Of a stretch of DNA of 64,000 bases, positions 60,519 to 64,000 are shown one piece after another. Made by a program: the position numbers and the translations under genes. Within the stretch, counting starts at the first letter, position 1; each line of letters starts with the position of its first letter. The stretch is from Mantamonas sphyraenae STR306 (lineage: Eukaryota > Protista > CRuMs), in NCBI GenBank assembly GCA_026936335.1, contig JAPMXV010000049.1, positions 62,001 through 126,000 on the forward strand. The letters run 5' to 3'. Under the pieces are notes generated by a model, which was given only the letters and a program-made list of their open reading frames with translations, searched no databases and was not told the DNA's origin.

Positions 60519-63500
60519 TCACACCTTGAACTTGCCCAGACGGAATCCTCCTCCCAGCATGTGTTCTGCAATACGTGCTTGCACACGTCGAAGCGCATCG
60601 TACACACCCTCGTACGTGGGGCCCTCCACGAGCAAGTACAGCTTGCGTTGCAGTCCCTTGGGCTGTTGGCCAGGCGGGAAGTAGTTGCCCTTGGGTGTGA
60701 TGCTTGTTCCCGTCTCTGCCTCCACGTCGTCCAGTTGACCCTTCTTTGTGACTGAGAAACGTGCCTTGTTGGGAAAGTCGTTGATCTCCACCTCGGCCTC
60801 GTAGTGCGCTTCCTCGTCTTCGTCTTCGGCCATCGATGAAGACGACGATGACGACGACGACGAAGAGGTTGACGTGGTTGTGCTCGACGCCCCCCGTGCC
60901 AACGCTGCTGCAGCGGCTTGGGCAGCGGCCAATGCTGCCTCGCGTGCCGATCCTCCAGCACCGCCGCCCTTGGCTGCAGCCGCTGCCGCAGCCGCTGCTG
61001 CCTTTGCACGTGCCAACGCTGCTGCCGCCGAATTTCCTCCTGTACCTGTACCTGTGTTGTGTTCGCGCGCTGGTGGCCGTTCCCCCCCGCTGCTGCCGTC
61101 CCCTTCGCCTACCTTGCCTGCCACCTTGCGGATCACGACTTCGTCATAGCCTCCCCCACTGCTTCCATCGCGCCCGCTGCTGCTCTCATCCTCCGCCTCG
61201 TCCGATCCTGCGCCGCCCTGCCCGCCTCGTGTGCGGCCTCCGTCGACGCCCTTTGCTCCGCCGCCAACACTCTCTTCGTCCTCTTCACCGTCCATCGTGA
61301 CCCCCAGCGATTGCGCCTGTCGCTTACGCTCTTCGTCCTTCTTTCCAGCCTCCAGAAGGTTGAACTGGAAGCCGGAGCCGCCAAAGCCACCCGAGGCAAA
61401 CTTGGCCTTGCCCAATTGCTTCTTGGCCAGGTAGTCATCGCGCAGGGCAGCCAATTCTGGCGGGATATCTGCGTCCGAGTCTTTCAGTGCTCTGCAGATT
61501 TCCTTTGCCAGATGGCCCTCCTGTGGAGTCACAAATGTGTAGGCCCACCCCTTGCGCCCTGCTCGTCCCGTACGCCCCACCCTCTGTACATAGTCCTCCA
61601 GGTGGTCGGGTGCCTCGTAGTTGATCACCAGCACCAGTGACTTGACATCCAGACCCCGCGCGGCCACCGACGTGGCAATCAGGATTGGCACGAGGCCCTT
61701 TTTAAAGTCGGTGATGATCCCGTCGCGGTCTTCCTGGTCCTTGTCTCCATGCAGCGACATGCACACGTAGTTGTGCTCCAACAGCTCCTTGAACAGCTTG
61801 TCAGCAGTCACTTGTCGCTGCACAAACACAAGGATACTGCCGCGCTGGTTCCACTCACCCAGGAGTTGCAACAGCCTCGGGATTTTGGTCGCCTCTTGGA
61901 TCACCTCCACGTGCTGCTCCACCAGCGACGTCACTCGCGAGCGGCCGCCCACAATGATCTCCACCGGCCGTTGAAGCACCCCTTTGGCCAGTCGCTCGAC
62001 AGGCTGCGGGAAGGTGGCCGAAAACATGACCATCTGCCTGTCTGGGCGGATGTTGGCCACCACACGTGTTATTTGCGGTTCAAAGCCCATGTCAAACAGT
62101 CGGTCAGCTTCGTCCATGACTAGGAATGTCACGCGGCGCAGGTTGGTCACCTTGCCCATGTTCAGGATGTCGATCATGCGGCCCGGCGTACACACCACAA
62201 TCTCTGCACCACGTTTCAGCTCTGCAATCTGGGCGGTGATCTGTGTGCCGCCGTACACTGCGGCCACGTTGATGCCCACCGGTTTGGCAAACTGCTTGGC
62301 ATCCTGATAGATCTGCAGAGCCAGCTCTCGCGTGGGGGCAAAAATGAACCCGATGGGTCCATCGCCAGCCTTCAGGGGGGGTTGTGCCAGGATGTGGCGC
62401 AACATGGGCAACAGAAAGGCGAGCGTTTTGCCCGAGCCAGTCTTGGCGATGCCAATGACGTCGCGGCCCGACATGATGGCTGGCATGGCCTGCGCCTGGA
62501 TTGGAGTGGGTCGCTCAAAGCCAAACTTGCGTTGCAGCGTGTCCAGCACGCGTTCAGGCAGCCCAGCTTGTTCCCAGGTGCGGATGGGCTTTGGGCAGCG
62601 TTTGCCCTTAATCTTGATCCCTTCCAGCTCTGTACGCAAGTCGCGCACTTCCTCCTCGTCCATCATGGCAATCTCCTTGGCTTCGATGTAAAAGTCGCGT
62701 TCAAAGTCGGGGTAGTCGATCTGGGTGTGGTCCACAAGCTCCAGCTGCTTCTCCTTCTGTGCGCCGCGGCCACGCAGCAGCGCCATGATTTCGTCAAAAT
62801 CGTCGTCTTCCTCCGCAGTGTCTTCCAGGTCCACGTCGTCCAGCTCATCGCCCGTGTACACCTGCTCCTGCTTCTTACCCTTGACACGCTTGACGCGCGG
62901 TTTCCCCAGCTTGCTGGCCAGCTGCTCCCGCTGCATCTCCGCCATGTATGCATCCAGTGGGTCGATGTCATCGTCATCGTCGGCGTCGTCTTCGTGTGTG
63001 CCTTTGTGACTTGTGCTTTCGCTCGCGCTCGTGCTGGACGACGATGACGACGACGCCTGGCCGGGCGCGCCTTCCGCAGCATCGTCGTCGTCGTCTGCCT
63101 CCAGATAGGCATCTCCTGAATCATCGTGGATGACTCCAGTCCGTGCCAACTGTGTCGAATGGCCGGGTGCGTGTGTGTTGTCGGCCTCTGTGTCTGTGTT
63201 TGGTGTTTCTGTGCCTTCCAACTGCATGCTCCGTGCTTGTTGCGCCTTTCGCCTTGCTCGCCACTCCTCCAGCCGCTTTCGTCGCTCTTCCTGGCTCACA
63301 CGGTCCACTTGCTCCTCCAGAACGGTGTCAGAGGAACCAGAGGATGAGCTCGCTGCCTCTGAAGCGGCCACTCGCGAGCGCTTGAGGTCCCGCTGGGAGT
63401 TGCTGGGCTCCGGATCGTCGTCTGGCTCGTCTTCCAGTGCCAGATGGGGCCGCTTGCCGCCGTTCCCTCCCGCAAACTGCACTGACTTTTGAGTGTCGAA

Positions 63501-63545
63501 TGCCGACGGACGCGGTCGCTTGGGTTTGTTCTTGCGTCTGAGCAT
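60519..63545 (-). CDS. DDX46: DEAD-box splicing helicase Prp5/DDX46
   Basis: Motifs are DPLDAYM, PTPIQAQA, AKTGSGKT, PTRELA, TPGR, DEAD, SAT and ARGLD. The C-terminal KH-like region is EINDFP..AR..KGNYFPPG..RKLYLLVEG. Confidence 0.93.
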   Translation of the reverse strand: MLRRKNKPKRPRPSAFDTQKSVQFAGGNGGKRPHLALEDEPDDDPEPSNSQRDLKRSRVAASEAASSSSGSSDTVLEEQVDRVSQEERRKRLEEWRARRKAQQARSMQLEGTETPNTDTEADNTHAPGHSTQLARTGVIHDDSGDAYLEADDDDDAAEGAPGQASSSSSSSTSASESTSHKGTHEDDADDDDDIDPLDAYMAEMQREQLASKLGKPRVKRVKGKKQEQVYTGDELDDVDLEDTAEEDDDFDEIMALLRGRGAQKEKQLELVDHTQIDYPDFERDFYIEAKEIAMMDEEEVRDLRTELEGIKIKGKRCPKPIRTWEQAGLPERVLDTLQRKFGFERPTPIQAQAMPAIMSGRDVIGIAKTGSGKTLAFLLPMLRHILAQPPLKAGDGPIGFIFAPTRELALQIYQDAKQFAKPVGINVAAVYGGTQITAQIAELKRGAEIVVCTPGRMIDILNMGKVTNLRRVTFLVMDEADRLFDMGFEPQITRVVANIRPDRQMVMFSATFPQPVERLAKGVLQRPVEIIVGGRSRVTSLVEQHVEVIQEATKIPRLLQLLGEWNQRGSILVFVQRQVTADKLFKELLEHNYVCMSLHGDKDQEDRDGIITDFKKGLVPILIATSVAARGLDVKSLVLVINYEAPDHLEDYVQRVGRTGRAGRKGWAYTFVTPQEGHLAKEICRALKDSDADIPPELAALRDDYLAKKQLGKAKFASGGFGGSGFQFNLLEAGKKDEERKRQAQSLGVTMDGEEDEESVGGGAKGVDGGRTRGGQGGAGSDEAEDESSSGRDGSSGGGYDEVVIRKVAGKVGEGDGSSGGERPPAREHNTGTGTGGNSAAAALARAKAAAAAAAAAAKGGGAGGSAREAALAAAQAAAAALARGASSTTTSTSSSSSSSSSSSMAEDEDEEAHYEAEVEINDFPNKARFSVTKKGQLDDVEAETGTSITPKGNYFPPGQQPKGLQRKLYLLVEGPTYEGVYDALRRVQARIAEHMLGGGFRLGKFKV

Positions 63546-63595
63546 GGGCGATGGCGGCGCAAGCGCAGCACGCGCCAAACACTCCGCAAGCCATC

Positions 63596-64000
63596 ATGAG
63601 CAGCAGTGAGTCGTCAAAGGACGCCACAGGGACCACCAAAGGTGCTGCTTCGTCGTCGTCTTCCTCTTCGTCGTCGTCTTCGTCCTCGTCCTCGTCCTCG
63701 TCTTCATCATCGTCCTCTACCGCGGTGGACAAGGCCGCGTCGGCGGCCGCTACGAGCGCAAACGCAGAGGCCATTGCGCGGCTGCAAGTGATGCAGGCAC
63801 AGGTGCAAACGAATCTGGTGACCATTGAGAAACAGTTGTATCATATGGAGGGCGAGTACCTCAAGTCCACAAAGGCCACGGGCAACTGCGTCGTTGGGTG
63901 GGATGTGCTTGTGAATCCCAAGCTTACGGGCTCGCTGCGCAAGACAGCTGCCCAACAGCAGGCCTCAGAGCAGGAGGTCAATGACAAGGACAGGATATTC
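63596..64000 (+). CDS. EAF6: EAF6/MEAF6 NuA4 acetyltransferase subunit (3' end truncated by the window)
   Basis: Manual translation gives a poly-Ser N-terminus followed by LVTIEKQLYHMEGEYLKSTKATGNCVVGWD..DKDRIF, matching the EAF6 pattern LE.QIY..E..YL..GN...GWD..DR.FS. Confidence 0.82.
   Translation, partial: MSSSESSKDATGTTKGAASSSSSSSSSSSSSSSSSSSSSSSTAVDKAASAAATSANAEAIARLQVMQAQVQTNLVTIEKQLYHMEGEYLKSTKATGNCVVGWDVLVNPKLTGSLRKTAAQQQASEQEVNDKDRIF

Noticed and set aside
1-64000. tRNA, rRNA, snoRNA genes or transposable elements
   Set aside because: None is recognisable by eye. Almost all of the sequence is explained by exons and short introns, and no convincing C/D box pairs were seen in the introns inspected. 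An Infernal or tRNAscan run would be needed to exclude them.

Overview
This is a very gene-dense, GC-rich region from a unicellular eukaryote. It has short GT-AG introns, mostly near gene 5' ends and with CTGAC/CTAAC branch points, and uses the standard genetic code. The lineage cannot be assigned from this window. About 21 protein-coding genes are packed with intergenic gaps of roughly 0-110 nt, and seven divergent pairs have only 50-93 nt between their start codons. Housekeeping genes include Pol5/MYBBP1A, erlin, USE1 SNARE, a DUF676 lipase, a Rim15/IRE/Greatwall-type kinase, OGG1, DSC3, a JmjC oxygenase, DDX46/Prp5 and EAF6. Three things stand out. (1) A ~1750-aa single polypeptide fuses a galacturonokinase-like GHMP sugar kinase, a UDP-glucuronate-4-epimerase-like SDR and a GlmU-type nucleotidyltransferase, which would be a complete uronic-acid salvage pathway in one protein. 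(2) Three paralogous giant surface-protein genes carry LamG domains inserted into extracellular filamin repeats. The two complete copies continue into REJ, GAIN/GPS and only the 5-TM N-terminal module of polycystin-1, with no PLAT and no channel domain, and two of the paralogs lie head-to-head 51 nt apart. (3) An atypical WASP-like protein has the architecture Zn-finger-CRIB-coiled coil-VCA. About 12 single-base frameshifts at short homopolymers indicate long-read consensus errors, so gene models are joined across them by inference.
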